A DNA stretch of 64,000 bases, from positions 2,487,709 through 2,551,708 of the forward strand of contig MU054662.1 in assembly GCA_013239625.1 (NCBI GenBank). Reading direction: 5' to 3'. The stretch comes from Lama guanicoe (Eukaryota). The notes under the pieces were generated by a model. It saw nothing but the letters and a program-made list of their open reading frames with translations. It was not told where the DNA came from and searched no databases. The number at the start of each line of letters is the position of its first letter. The first letter of the stretch is position 1. Positions 48,916 through 61,470 of the stretch are shown here, one piece after another. The position numbers and the translations under genes are program-made.

Positions 48916-50204
48916 CCAAGTCAGCTTCCGAAACCCATCCATCTAAACAGCAAACAAATTCTAACCCTAAAACAAAAAAGATCCCTAGGGTAAAATGTTC
49001 ATGTGACCATCATCCTCTCTTTTTCAGGTTTACTTTGCTCAAAAAAAGAAAAAAGAATCAGTCTTTGTCGGCAAATAGATGCTTGCATTTGGGCTGGGGA
49101 AAACGGGGGGTGGGGAGGGGAGAGACATATCAATGGGGAAAAAGGGGGCACAGGCCTGAGAGGCAGGACCTCTTGCTGGTAAGGCTCCCTTAGGCAGCCC
49201 AAGACTGTCACCTGCAGGCATGTCCCTCAGCCCCCTCTTGGGATGGCCAGGTGCTACCACCACTCATGGGGAAAGGTGTCCCCAGGAAAATGGGACCCTC
49301 CATCCAGGGCTCCACTGTGTCCTTTGTCTGCGCCGAGCCTGCCCCAAATCGCCTCGCCCGGGCTGGCTTGGAGAGCCAACTCCTGACCCGTCCTCTCTGC
49401 CTTTCTCTCTGTCCCCTCCCCAGCTCCACTCTTGCTTTTATGTTTCTAGCTCGGGGGCACCCGTGCCAGCCCATCTGTTCAGTCCCACATGCTCCCCGCA
49501 AGGACTGCCAAGTCAGGCCCGGTGCTCAGTGACTCTACTCCAGCCTGGGCGGCTGGTCTGAGGCCTCCTCTGCCCAATCGGGTCGCTAGGAAACAGCCTG
49601 GCTGCTGCATCAGGGCGGGGCCCCCACACGTGGTGGTGTGGCAGGGCCATCCATGGCCGTTGGCCTGGGACACCTGATGGGCATCCAGGCCACTTTCCTT
49701 GGGAGCTGCCCCTTGTTTAGGACCCAGGTCTTTGGAAAAGTACGAACAAACAAGACCCTCCCAAGCTGCAGAGTCCCACTCACTGTGAATGTGTAGACCA
49801 CAGGGCGGAGATCCATTCCAGAAAAATGAAGATTTGGAAGATAACGGAAAAGATGTTTAATCTTTTTTTGTGTGCCCTTTGCAAATCTGTAGTTCCTTTT
49901 TAGCAAAAGAACTTAAAAGTGGATTGTGGATAACATATTTTGATTCCAAAATGTTCATGTTGGTATACTTACGGGGGTATAAATGAAGATTTGAAAAACA
50001 TGGCTACATTTTGGGAAATGCAAGGTTTCTCTTATTTTATCTTCCTTTTTCGGGTAGTGAAGAAGCAGTCTATAGAAACATCTTTATATGCTTTCACACA
50101 TCCACAGCAGGTCATAGGTCTTAGGGTACCTAATTCTCTCGCCCCGTCTTCAGCAAATTCTTTTGACAGGGCACTCAAAGGCATGAAGTAGGGGAAATAA
50201 TTTT

Positions 50205-50400
50205 TAAAACCTGAGTTCAGGTTCTCACTCTTATATTTATTATCTTTGTGACCTTGGGCCACTTCCCTGAGCCTCAGCTTCCCAATCATAACATGGGGAT
50301 AATAATTCCAATGCCATGCATGTGGTGAGATAATTTGTTAAAAACAATTTGGCAACATGCTTAGCACAGTGCTGAACTCCCTGGAAACAAGAAATCATTG
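50205..50400 (+). mobile_element. MIR SINE
   Basis: tgtgaccttgggcc...ctgagcctcagcttccc...atggggataataat. Confidence 0.8.
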
Positions 50401-50694
50401 CTGAATAAAGATCAGCCTGGTCAATTACAGCCTTGTGACTCTGACGTCCTCAAATGTGAACAGTCCCCATACAGTGTCCTAGCTCCCCCAGAACAGCAGG
50501 TAAAGCCTGGCTACCACTCTTCAAGTAGATGAGGAAGCAGCCCAGACCAGCAGATGTGGGGACATGATCCAGCTTCTCTGTACAAACCAGAAGTAGGTCT
50601 GAATTTCATCAGCCACCAACAGTGAAGAACTAACAAATTGCTCTCTTTACCCCACCAGTACATGCACACACCGCCAGCTCCCACTCGCTCCCCT

Positions 50695-50836
50695 NNNNNN
50701 NNNNNNNNNNNNNNNNNNNNNNNNNNNNNNNNNNNNNNNNNNNNNNNNNNNNNNNNNNNNNNNNNNNNNNNNNNNNNNNNNNNNNNNNNNNNNNNNNNNN
50801 NNNNNNNNNNNNNNNNNNNNNNNNNNNNNNNNNNNN
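50695..50836. other. N run, 142 nt
   Basis: n characters. Confidence 0.99.
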
Positions 50837-51064
50837 ACACTGTGATTGAAATTAACTCCAGAGGGGGAGATTTCCAAGCCATTGCGCAGACAGGCTTGTC
50901 TGCTTGCCATCAGTTTGGACTCGGGCCTCCCCCTTTGCCACACCTCCTGCATGTCACAGAGGAAACACCCTTGCCCCTGAAAACCCATCTTACACCCAAA
51001 CAAGCAGGATGGGGGTGCCCACCCCATAGGGACAAGTGGAGACCAAATATACGGAGTTAAGAGT

Positions 51065-51290
51065 CAGTGTAGAAAGCTAGAAAGAGTGAACTTGGAGTCA
51101 GACAGATGAGTTCCAGTTCCATCTCTACCACTTGTTAGCTGTGTGATCTTGGGCAAATCACTAAGCCTCTCTGGGTCTCAGTTTCCTCAACAGCAAAATG
51201 GGTACAATAATAATGACTATATAGGGTGATTGTGGGAATTAAGGAGGATGATGCAAGGTCATCTGTTTGGCAGGTCAGCCATAGAGCCTG
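51065..51290 (+). mobile_element. MIR SINE
   Basis: ttggagtcagacaga...tagctgtgtgatcttgggcaa...ctcagtttcctca. Confidence 0.9.
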
Positions 51291-51381
51291 GGGCCAGAGA
51301 GGATCCTTTTTGTCCTTGACCCAACTTGATGGGGGCCTGGCCTTGACTGTAAAAAATGAATGTGCACCCCATTGGGGTCCA

Positions 51382-51598
51382 CAGTGGAGTTTTGTATTAG
51401 ACACTGTACTGCCCCCACCAAATGGCATGTGGAACCATGTTGGGGCACTTTTTTGATTGTTAACAACACCTATGGGTGCTGCTGGTATCAGTGAGTGGGG
51501 TCCAGGGACACCAAGTGTCCTGTGATCTGTGAGCCAATGCGGCCCAAGGAAGAACAGTCTAGCCCCCAACGCCCTCAGTGTCCTTTGTAGAAATACTA
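51382..51598 (+). mobile_element. MER20-like hAT MITE
   Basis: gcacttttttgattgttaacaac...tgctgctggtatcagtgagtggggtccagggac...agaaatact. Confidence 0.7.
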
Positions 51599-52221
51599 TT
51601 CATCTTTGGGCTACAGCAGCTTATGAGGCCCTCCTTCCCCTAAACCCACTATAGGAATGCTGGTCCCATGTCTTGGGCTCGGCCATGATGTCGGCAGAGA
51701 AAGCAACGACCCCCAGGAAGGCTCCCCAGGCACTGTGTGTCCAGCCCATGGGCAGCAGGGTTTCCCACATCTGCCACTTTGCCCCATTATCTGGAGCTAA
51801 GCCCTGGATACAAGGGAGGCTGGAGACCCCCACACCAGCTTCAGGTCAGAGGGTACAAACGCCGCTTGGGTGGTGTTAACACAGTCTGCTCCTGCTGAGC
51901 CCCTCCCCTCTTCTGGCATCAGACCTAGGCAAAGAGTCAGATCAAATAGCCATCTGCCCCCGAATCAGCCCAAGTGTCCTTGGTCCCCTGTGGACACCAC
52001 GTGAAGCAAAGGGCTTGCCAGGGAGAGCTGCCCTTTCTTGAATGGATAGGACACTGATCAGTGAATTTGGGCATCCAGGCTGCTGCCTTATTGCCTAATG
52101 GAGGTACCCCTCTTCTCTTAGTCTAAGGTGTTTACGGTTTCTTGATTTGAGAGTGAGGTGAGGTTAGACTGATGGGACATCAGCAAGTAGTTAAGTGTCC
52201 AGAGCTATTTTCATAAAAAAA

Positions 52222-52362
52222 NNNNNNNNNNNNNNNNNNNNNNNNNNNNNNNNNNNNNNNNNNNNNNNNNNNNNNNNNNNNNNNNNNNNNNNNNNNNNNN
52301 NNNNNNNNNNNNNNNNNNNNNNNNNNNNNNNNNNNNNNNNNNNNNNNNNNNNNNNNNNNNNN
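52222..52362. other. N run, 141 nt
   Basis: n characters. Confidence 0.99.
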
Positions 52363-52749
52363 TTACAAACCAGAAATAGACTCACAGACATAGAAAACAG
52401 ACTATAATTACCAAAGGGGAAAGGCAGGGGGATGAATTAGGAGTTTGGGATTAACAGATACACACTACTGTACATAAAATAGGCAAACAACAAGGACATA
52501 CTGTATAGCACAGGGAACTATATTTGATTTCTTGTAATAGGCTTATATGGAAAAGAATCTGAAAAAAAAGTATGCATATGTAGAACTGAACTGCTTTGCT
52601 GTACACCTGAAACTGACATTGTAAATCAATTACACGTCAATAAAAAATAAAATTAAAAATAATTTTTAAATGCAAAAAATTATTCAGTAATAATATAATA
52701 CTTAATCTTAGTTAATAAACCAATTAAAATCAACCTTAAAAAAAAAAAA
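52363..52749 (+). mobile_element. L1 3' UTR with an extra AT-rich segment and A12 tail
   Basis: agactcacagacatagaaaac...gtatagcacagggaactatat...tcaataaaaaataaaatt; second AATAAA at 52714-52719; A12 at 52738-52749. Confidence 0.9.
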
Positions 52750-53889
52750 GTCCGGGGCCATTTTATTTATTCACTGTGCCATCCCATGTCCTCTTAAGCC
52801 TCAGTCTTCTCATCCATCAAGGGGGTGGGCAAGCTGCTGGTCCCATCACAGTGAGGCTCAGATGAGGCAGAGCACACAAAAGCTCTAAAGCTCTACACAG
52901 AAAAGTCCCCTCTTCGCAGGGGGTGCCTGTGTTCTCATCACCTTTCCTGGCACTCAATGCCCCTTGGTTTCCTGCAAACCTTGTCCAGGCCCACCTTCCC
53001 TGGCCTGCTATCCCCAAGGACTGTCCCCCACATCTTGCTCACCTGGGGCCTGGCAACAAGCAGCAGGCACACAGTAGGGCAAATCTCACAATACACTTCA
53101 TGCTGCCTGCTACCTGTCCATGACCAGCACCCTAATTCCCTAGGAAGACAGACAGAGCAAAAGAAATCAGCCAGGCCCGTCAGCAGTGGTTCCTATGAGA
53201 CTTTACATGCAGGAAGATGAGCTGACATTTATGGTGGGAAGTTTTATCTCTATGGTAAATAACCTCTAATGGTGTAGGTCATTACACTAATTACAGCAGA
53301 TAATTAATTTTCTAATTCTTTTTTTTTTAAGCTGGCCCCATATTACAAGAGAAACATAATTTATTCCGTTTCTTCCTGGGCAGATGACAGGGGACATCCC
53401 ATCATCCTTCCCACCAGAACCTGAGGTGGCAGGGAAAGGTTTCCTCTTCCAGCCTCTAGTCCATCAAGAGGCTCCCAGAGGTTGCAGGAGCTCCCCAGCC
53501 TTCCTCTCCCCCTTAAACGTAGTTCTCATGCAACGGCTCTTTCCTTGTCACCATCTGAGGATGATTTTCCTTAGATCTGCCCAGTTTCCCTGAGGCCTTG
53601 GGCACATGGGCTGGTACTTATCTTCAAAGCTTTGATTGAAGGCCTGTCTCACGCTCTTCCTGGTGGAGGACCTGCTAAAGCCGGCCTGTCGCTCACTGCC
53701 CCCATCCCCATACGCACTCCCGCCTCTGAGCCACTGCATTCGTGTGCCCTACCATCTGGATGTCTAGACACCCGGTTCCTCTACAAAACCTGTCCAGGAC
53801 CATGGCTTCACTCAGCTTTCAGCTCCATAACCACAACTCTTTGCACGAACATATCTGTGCAGTGCTCAGCAGGGAACTCGGGGAGTTCC

Positions 53890-54030
53890 TGCACCAGGCA
53901 CTTTGCATATATTATCTCATTACATTTTTGAAGGAGGTTTCAACACCCTTATTTTGCAGCTGAGAAAACTGAGGCTCAAAGAAGTTAAGTGCCTCATCCA
54001 AGATCACACACCTGAGGATGTGGCCAAGTT
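53890..54030 (-). mobile_element. MIR SINE
   Basis: attttgcagctgagaaaactgaggctcaaagaagttaagtg. Confidence 0.85.
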
Positions 54031-54289
54031 GGACGGGCATGTGGCCCGGAGCCCATGCTCGGTCTCCTGATCCCCTGGCCCCATTGTTGACACTCCTTTT
54101 TCCACCCTGGGCTCCTTGTGTCCCTCTCAGACCTCATGAGTGTTTGGTTTCCCAAACTCCTCCAGCTCTGGTCAAGACCACTCTTATTCCCCAAGGGGAC
54201 CATGCACACTCCATTGTCCTGTGTTTCCCCAGAGACCATTGTGGGCCTGGGCACCGGGCATTTCTCAGTCATTATCCTGATATGTTAAA

Positions 54290-54480
54290 GGGATTTATGT
54301 TTGATAAAACCTGCTCATCACATACTGCATTCGAACCTCAGAGCATTCCCGTGAGGGGGACATCCGCACGTCATTATTCCAATTCCAAAGATGAGAGCCT
54401 GAGTTGCCCAGCATGACTCAGCTGGGTGGACATACAGACAGAACTAGAATCAGATCTGCCCCTCATCCAGGGATATCCCT
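54290..54480 (-). mobile_element. MIR SINE, degraded
   Basis: cattattccaattccaaagatgag...ttgcccagcatgactcagctg...actagaatcagatct. Confidence 0.55.
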
Positions 54481-54899
54481 ACTGCCACATCAGCTTATAG
54501 AATTGAATAAAGGATGCCATGAAGCCTTCTGCCTACTGCCCCCAAACCCACAGGGGCAGCCCCTGCACATGGCCCCTCTCCAGGGTGAGAGAGCAGACAT
54601 CCCCATGTCCTCCGAGCTGTGGAGGGAGCAGTAGGAGCCCGTGTCCCAGGCAGCCCTGCCTTCCCTGCGCAGCTTCCTGGTACAGTTAGAACCACAGGTT
54701 TTAGAGCAAGACAAGGCTCTCCATCTCAGCACACCCTGTGCCTCCTGGATTTTGCCCTCCTAAGGCTATAGTTGTCACTACTGCACTGCCGGCCCCTCAA
54801 CCTGGGTCCAGCCCCAGTCTCTCCCCTGAGCTTTAGCCTGCCCCTCAGACACATGTCCCCTGCCGTCTCTCCCCGACCCCACACAGCTCCTCCTCCAGG

Positions 54900-55895
54900 C
54901 TTCACTCATTCCTTCAAAAATTCCTTATTGACTCAGAGATACTTGTACACTCACATTCATGGCAGCATTATTCACAATGGCCAAAAGATGGAAGCAGCCC
55001 AAGTGTCCACTGACACATGGATAAACAGAATATGGTATATAAATATAACAGAATATTATTCAGCCTTAAAAAAGGAAAAATTTCTGACCACATGCTGTAA
55101 CATAGATGAGCCTTGAAGACACTATGATAAGTGATATAAGTCACAAAAGAACGACTATTACACGATTTCACTTACATGAGGAGCCTAGGGTAGTCAAACT
55201 CATGGAGACAGAAGGTAGAATGGTGGTTCCCAGGGGCTGAGAGGAGGGGGAATGGGGAGTTACCGTATAAAGGGTACAGAGTTGCAGTTTGGGATGATGA
55301 GAAAGTTCTGGGGTGGAAGATGGTGAGGTGATGGTTGCACAAAAAGGTGAATATAATTAATGCCACAAAACTACACTTTGGTTAAAATGGTGAATTTTAT
55401 GTAATGTATATTTTACCACTAATTTTAAAAAGCTTTATTGTGTGCCTTTTATGTGCCAGGCACTGGTCTAGGTTGTGGGGACATGGCAGTGAAGAAAATA
55501 GAGGGAAAAAATTCCTGCCTTCATGAAGCTTACATTCTATTTGGGGCAGAGAGACAATAAACGTACAAGGAAATTGATATTGTAGGCCCAGTGGTTGATG
55601 AGCGTTGGGAAGAGAAACAAGTGGGGCAAAGAGGGAAGGACAAGGACATGGGGGTTGCTATTTCACACAGTGGGTCAGGGAAGGCCTCTGCTGTAAGGTG
55701 ACACTGGGGCACACACTCAAAGGCAGGATGGAGGGGGCCACATGAGTGGCTGGGAGGAAGGTGCTCCTGATGGGAAACCAGCAGGTGCAAGGGCCCTGAG
55801 GCCAGGGCCGGTGTGACCAGAGCAGAGTGAGCCAGGGTGAGAGAGGGCTGGGGCCAGATGGTTGAAGGCTTGTAGACCGGACTTCGGATTTTATC
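54900..55895 (-). mobile_element. L2 3' region interrupted by the L1
   Basis: ttcactcattccttcaaaaa...[L1]...tttattgtgtgcc...atgtgccaggcactggtctagg...cagggaaggcctc...gtgcaagggccctgagg. Confidence 0.85.
54931..55430 (+). mobile_element. L1MB-like 3' end inserted into an L2
   Basis: gcagcattattcacaatggccaaaagatggaagcagcccaagtgtcca...ggttaaaatggtgaattttatgtaatgtatattttaccac. Confidence 0.9.
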
Positions 55896-55964
55896 AGCAT
55901 GAACTTCGTGTTGGTGTTTCATAGAACCGTCACTTTCCCTGTCAGTTGGGTTTCAGACTTGGAT

Positions 55965-56165
55965 AACGTAGCTGTCATGATTCAGAGCTTGGACTCTGGA
56001 GCCAGGAGGCCTGGACTCACATTCCAGCCCCCACTTCTCAGAAGCATAGCCTTGAGCAAGATACTGACCATCTCAGGCTTTTTTTCCCCCACCTGTAAAA
56101 TGGGGATGATGATGACAATGCCTCCTGCGTGTAGTAAGCACTCAATTAGCATCAGCATTTTACTA
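55965..56165 (+). mobile_element. MIR SINE
   Basis: ggactctggagccag...acctgtaaaatggggatgatga...gtaagcactcaat. Confidence 0.8.
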
Positions 56166-57329
56166 TTTTGGCTTGTTTTGACTTTTCCTCCCTCTTGCCC
56201 TCAACAGCTGATGGGTTGCCAAGTCCTATTAAGTCCACCAGTGGGCCCAGGTGGTTCCTCATGTGGCCATGTACCTCCAGCACCAGGGACACATTCCTCG
56301 GAGGACGGCTAAGTTCCTGACAGAGACCCCACCAGTGCCCTGCACGGACCCTCTTCCTTCCCTTGACCATTTACTCCACTCCCCTTGGTTGCAGGCTTGC
56401 CTCTCCTCCCAGATCTGCTGCTCCCAGATGGGACTTGACCGTCTGCCCGGGCTGTTGCCCCCTGGCCACCTCCCTGCAGGGGTGCTCGCAGCCGGCACAC
56501 CTGGCCTCTCCAGGATGCATGCCCCACCCCCAGATCCGCACGTACCCACCCACCTACGTTTCCTCCCCGTCTTCTCCACACCTAGGTCACCACCCTGGCT
56601 TCCCAGAATCTGTACTTCTGCCTCTGCTTTCCCTTCCCTCTGATGTGCCCACGTGACTGTCACATCAGTCCTGCTCCTGCCTCCATCTGCCAAAGTCACT
56701 GCAAGCCCCTCCACTGTGTGGCCCCGGCCTGGCCCCGAGCATGGCTGACCCACGTGGAACACGCACCTCCCAAACTCAGATGGAAATTAGAAATGGCAGG
56801 TTGATCAGTGTTAATGAGGCTTAAAGAAAATCGCAACAGATTGAGGGATTGGAAAAAAATGAAGAAGAGTCAGCTCTACTTCAAGTTTAAGTCTGCTCTA
56901 CAGAGAGGAGTCTGGGGATTTTCACTGAGACACGTCACCGCCTGGGGGAGGGGTGGGGTGTGCATGTGCTGGGTCCCCGCGGGGTGTGAGGTCTGCTTTG
57001 GAGGCTCAGAGGTGCTGACGGGCATGTGCCTTTGGCCGGGCACCTTCCCTGGTGCAGAGACCGCAGCCCCGCGCCCCCACCCGGTTCTCCTGACTGGGCC
57101 AGGAAGCTCCAAGGTTTCTCCTCCCTAAGCCAGGAAGCCTCAGAGCTGATGGCTGCTGTGCTGAGCCCCGGCTGGGGCCGTGCGGTGGCCTGAGGGTCAC
57201 GTGCGAGCGCGAGGCTTGCTCTGGGATCTGGGACAGCCCTCGGGGAGCCCTGGGGACAGAGGACACTGTTCCCCCACTTCCGGAGGCAGCAGCCAGAGGG
57301 ACCTCGGCAAGGATGATGAGAAACTGCTA

Positions 57330-57500
57330 GTAAGACAGTCAGAGAGAGCCACAGAAACGGCAAGTGACAGACAGTGGGAGAGACAGAGACAGTCAGTGAG
57401 ACTCAGAGAAGGCTCAGAAACGGCTGGGAGGGGAGGGAAGTCAGAAAGAGACTGGAAAAGAGAGGGGAGCCCAGACAGCCTCGCAGGACCTGAGAGACAG
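57330..57500. repeat. GA-rich low-complexity tract
   Basis: recurrent gagagacaga / agacag. Confidence 0.5.
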
Positions 57501-58009
57501 CAAATTCAGGTAGCAGGATTGCAGACAGCCACTCAGAGTCCTGCTGGAGCAGCAGCCAGACCGCCCCTGCCCCTGCTGTAGGGCATGGGATGCCATCTTT
57601 CACCCCAGAGCCCCTTCCTCCTTGCTCCTCCTTCCTCCTAACTCGCTGGAAGGAGAGCAAGAGACAGCAAGACAGGCCAAAGGGGGCCCGGCCGCATGGC
57701 CTAGACTGGTCATTGAATGCACTTAGTATGCCTGTAGCTAGCTGGCTCAGAGGCCTCGGAGCCACGCAGACTTCCATCCCAAGACCCAGCAGCGACTTCT
57801 GCCATTCCAGGGAAAGGCACCGGCTCTGGGCTCCCAGAATGCTCTAGGGTGTGGATGGGGGTGACATGGCAGGAGTTGGGGGCAGGAGGCAGACAGCCCA
57901 CCTGGCCAAGCAGCCTCCCCCTGAGGGCAAAGGGAAGTCCTGGCTGTGTCCCACCCACCACTAACCCGTGCTGACCACACGCTCGTGAGTCTGGCAGGAG
58001 CTGACGGCC

Positions 58010-58165
58010 CTGCTGAACTGAGGCTCACAGCAGCCCCAAGAAATAAGAACTGGTGTTGCCCCCATTTTATAGATGTGGAGACAGAGGCACAGAGGGACAA
58101 AACACACCACCCAAGGTTAGCCAGTGGGCAGAGGGGAGGGCCAGGGTCTGAAAACAGGCGTCTGG
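58010..58165 (-). mobile_element. MIR SINE
   Basis: ccccattttatagatgtggagacagaggcacagag. Confidence 0.8.
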
Positions 58166-58234
58166 CCTAGAGATTCTACATCCTAGGAGAGAGAACGAGT
58201 TTGTCCTAGAGGGCATCCTTATTGGACTATTTTA

Positions 58235-58470
58235 GTGCATGACCGAGAGCACAGAGTGCCTGGTTCAAATCCTGGCTCTGACCCGCTTCTTAGATGTATG
58301 ACCTTGGGCAGGTCACATGACCACTCTGGGCCTTAGCTTCCTTATCTATAAAACTAGAACAAAAGCACTGAGCTCCACGGTAGTGAAGATTAAATGAAAT
58401 AGGGTGCATAACGTGCTCAGAAGGGTGGCTGGCGCATCATAGGTGCTCAGCACATGAGAGCTGTTGCTAT
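58235..58470 (+). mobile_element. MIR SINE
   Basis: ggttcaaatcctggctctg...tgaccttgggcagg...cttccttatctataaaa. Confidence 0.85.
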
Positions 58471-59059
58471 TTTACAGGCAGGAGAGCACTGATGGCAGAG
58501 GTGTGGCGGGGTCCGTGAAAGAGAAGCAAGGGCCCTCAGGAAAGAGCAAGGGGGTCTTTAGAAAGACAACCGTGCCCACATCAGAGCCTTCTGGCCAGAG
58601 GTCAATTCAGGAGAAGCCCCAAATCTGGGTTCCTGGTCCTCCTGTTGCTGCCCCGTTTTACCCCCACTCAGTGGAGAAGATGGGGCCCATCAGACAGCCT
58701 CTCCTGCAGACACCTGCCCTGCGGGATGGGGGGTGGGAGTTCCACCAGGGCTCCTGGAAGCACGGCCTCACCTGTTTCTATGCCCAGTGCTCCCCAGGAA
58801 GCCTGAGAGGAGACCCCGGGGCTGCAGCTCCCAGCCAATGTTCACTAGCCCACCCTGAACAGTCATTTCACAGTCTGCCCTCCCCCGGATCCCAGGACTC
58901 TCAGAGACAAGAGAAATTCATTCAGCTCAGCCTAAAAGGCAGTCTTTTTGGGGACATTTGCATTTTGAAAGAAGCCCAAAGGGAGAGAACAATGCTTACC
59001 AGGAAAGACTACATTAGAATGTCAGACACTGGGGGCAGACAGCTATTTCAGTGAGCTTT

Positions 59060-59190
59060 GACGTGTGTGTGCGTGTGTCAGTGTGCCGGTGTGGATGTGT
59101 GTGTTTGTGTGTATGATTGCACCTGTCAGTGTGTGCATGCCTCTGTGAATGTGTGTGTGTGTGTACAGGTATGGGCGTGCGAGTGTGTGT
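59060..59190. repeat. imperfect (TG)n tract
   Basis: gtgtgtgtgcgtgtgt...atgtgtgtgtgtgt. Confidence 0.8.
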
Positions 59191-59569
59191 TCAGGTATCC
59201 ATTACTCCTTAAGCCAATCATCTGCCCATCTAACCATCCAACTACCTCCACTTTTGGGCCTCTTCCCTGGGCCAGGCCCTGAGCTAAGCTCTGGGGTGAC
59301 AGGACAGCAAACTGGTCCCTGTCCCTGGGAGAAGCCCCCTAAGTGGAGGGGGGAAGGCGTACAGACAGGAACAGCTGGCTGAGTTGCAGGCTTGTCCCAG
59401 GTCAGAGCAGGAGGGGGCCGTGGCGGGGCAGCAGAGCCTCACACTTGCTGATGAGGACATTGGAGCCCAGAAGTGGGATGGCCCCGGGACACCACGGACC
59501 ATTGGAGGGACATTGGCAGTAAACTAGCTGTAGCTTCCACCCCCTAAAGTAATGCCTCCTACTGCCTGG

Positions 59570-59810
59570 TTATCAGAGGCTATCCACATACTGTCTGAGA
59601 CGTTCCCAGGGGATGGGAGGCTCACCATCCCTCCAGAGAGGCCGCTGCGCTCTCAGGCTGCCCCAGCTACCGGGTTATAGGAAACAGTCAGGTCTCTCCA
59701 ACCCCTACCCCTTGGCTGGTCTTGCTTTCTCCTGGGCCTGTAGGTAACTGAGGGTAGGTGCTGTGCTTCCTCTAAGCCTTCTCTTCTAAACTTTTCTGTC
59801 CCTTCATCGG
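59570..59810 (-). mobile_element. L3/CR1 relic
   Basis: ccaggggatgggaggctcacca...taagccttctcttct. Confidence 0.45.
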
Positions 59811-60099
59811 CTGGAACCCCCTCATCCTGGTGGGGAGCAGGCCATCAAAGGGACTGAATCTGGGAGCTGAGACACCACCAGCCAGTTTGGTCAAAAGACA
59901 GGTGCCTACAAAGTCACTCTAGAGGGTGGCCAAGACTTGCATTGGGTTTTACGTCACAGCCGCAATATTCAGCCTGCAACGGGGTTTTGTGGAAGGGAGA
60001 GAGCCCAAGAGATTTCCCTACCCAAAAAAAATCAGGTTCATCGTGGGTTTCTTTCCCTTTGATTTCCCCGTATGTAATAGTGGTACAAATTCACTCCGA

Positions 60100-60300
60100 A
60101 TAACCATTACTACCCATTTATTAACTGTTCACCATGTGCCAGGCACCATGAAGAGAGCTCTACAGGTATTATCTCATTTAATTCTCCCAACAAAGCTAGA
60201 GGTGGGCACTGTCTATTAAAGGAAAGGAAACTGACACTTACAGGAAGTAAGGTGCCTACATGTACACACACAGCGTGTGGTCACTTCAAAGCCAGAGTTT
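60100..60300 (-). mobile_element. MIR SINE
   Basis: ccatgtgccaggcacc...attatctcatttaattctcccaacaa. Confidence 0.8.
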
Positions 60301-61231
60301 CTGCCATGAGGCTCTGCGACCTCTCAGGAGAAGGTGGACCAGGCAGGGCTGGTCCAAGCGTCTTACCACTCCTCATCCGTCAGCCTTCTGGTCAGGAAGG
60401 TCAACACAAAGCAAGGGCTCTTTATTGTCTGGAATTTGGGGTGACAGCTGAGGAGATGGGTGGGCTGTGGGGAACAGTCTGTGTCTCTCAGTGACCTCCC
60501 TTGGCTGAGAGAGCCGGCAGGAGACACCTCGGCCAGCCTGGGCTCTGATCACCCTTCAGAGAAGGAGATCCTCGTCCTCCTGAGAAAAACACATCTCGCA
60601 GCTGAGAGGGCGGGAGGGGAAGGGAAGAGACAGACATGACTAAATCCAGCCCTTGCTCTCTGTCAGTGCCGAAGGAGGGCTCTGAGTGCCCTAAAAACTG
60701 GGTTAAAAATGGCTTGGCTGCACCTATCTTATCTGCTTTACACTGAAAGCCTTCAGCGCGTGGCAGGTTTTCACGTAGAATTTTCCTTGCTAATCCCCCT
60801 TTGTTAGCTCTGATGCCGACATTGCAATACCAACCTCGTCTGGGCGATTTGAGAGGGATTACAGGCCCGCAATCCTTCAGCATGTGGGAGAAGAATGTTT
60901 TCTCAAATCAAATTTTACACAAACCTGTTTTCCAAAATAATCAAAGTGCAAATCCCTCCTCGGGACTGAAGGGTTGGGGAAGACACTTGTCTCTTCAAAA
61001 TTCAACACGGCAAAGGGAAGCTCGTCCTCCTGGAAGGCGAGGCGAAGGTGCAGGGCCACCTGGCTGATTAATGGCGTGGACCCTTCTTGTCCTCTAGACC
61101 TTCCCTCTTGCTGAGCAGGGCTCTGTGACAGGAGGGAGGGTCGGAGGCTTTGGCACCGGCTGGCATTAACCATGACCCTGTGCTCTGAGTGGTACCATGA
61201 GTAAAGCAGGGAAGCAACAGGGCGGGTTCAA

Positions 61232-61470
61232 ATTCAAGTTCAACAAACATGTTAATAGCTTATCGTGTGCCGTGTACTGTGCTGGGATTGTTGGAGGACA
61301 CAATGATGAATGAATTTAACTCTTGTCTTGGGGAAATCACAGCCTATCAGGGAAGGCAGCTCCGTACCTAGAGAATCCTAACACAGGGCAGGCTGGGACA
61401 AGGGCGACAACAGAGCAGCAGATGACAGAGAAAGAGATTCTTCCGCTCTCTTAGAAGGCTTCCTGGAGGC
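61232..61470 (-). mobile_element. L2 3' end
   Basis: ttcaacaaacatgttaatagc...tgtgccgtgtactgtgctggg...gaaggcttcctggagg. Confidence 0.65.
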
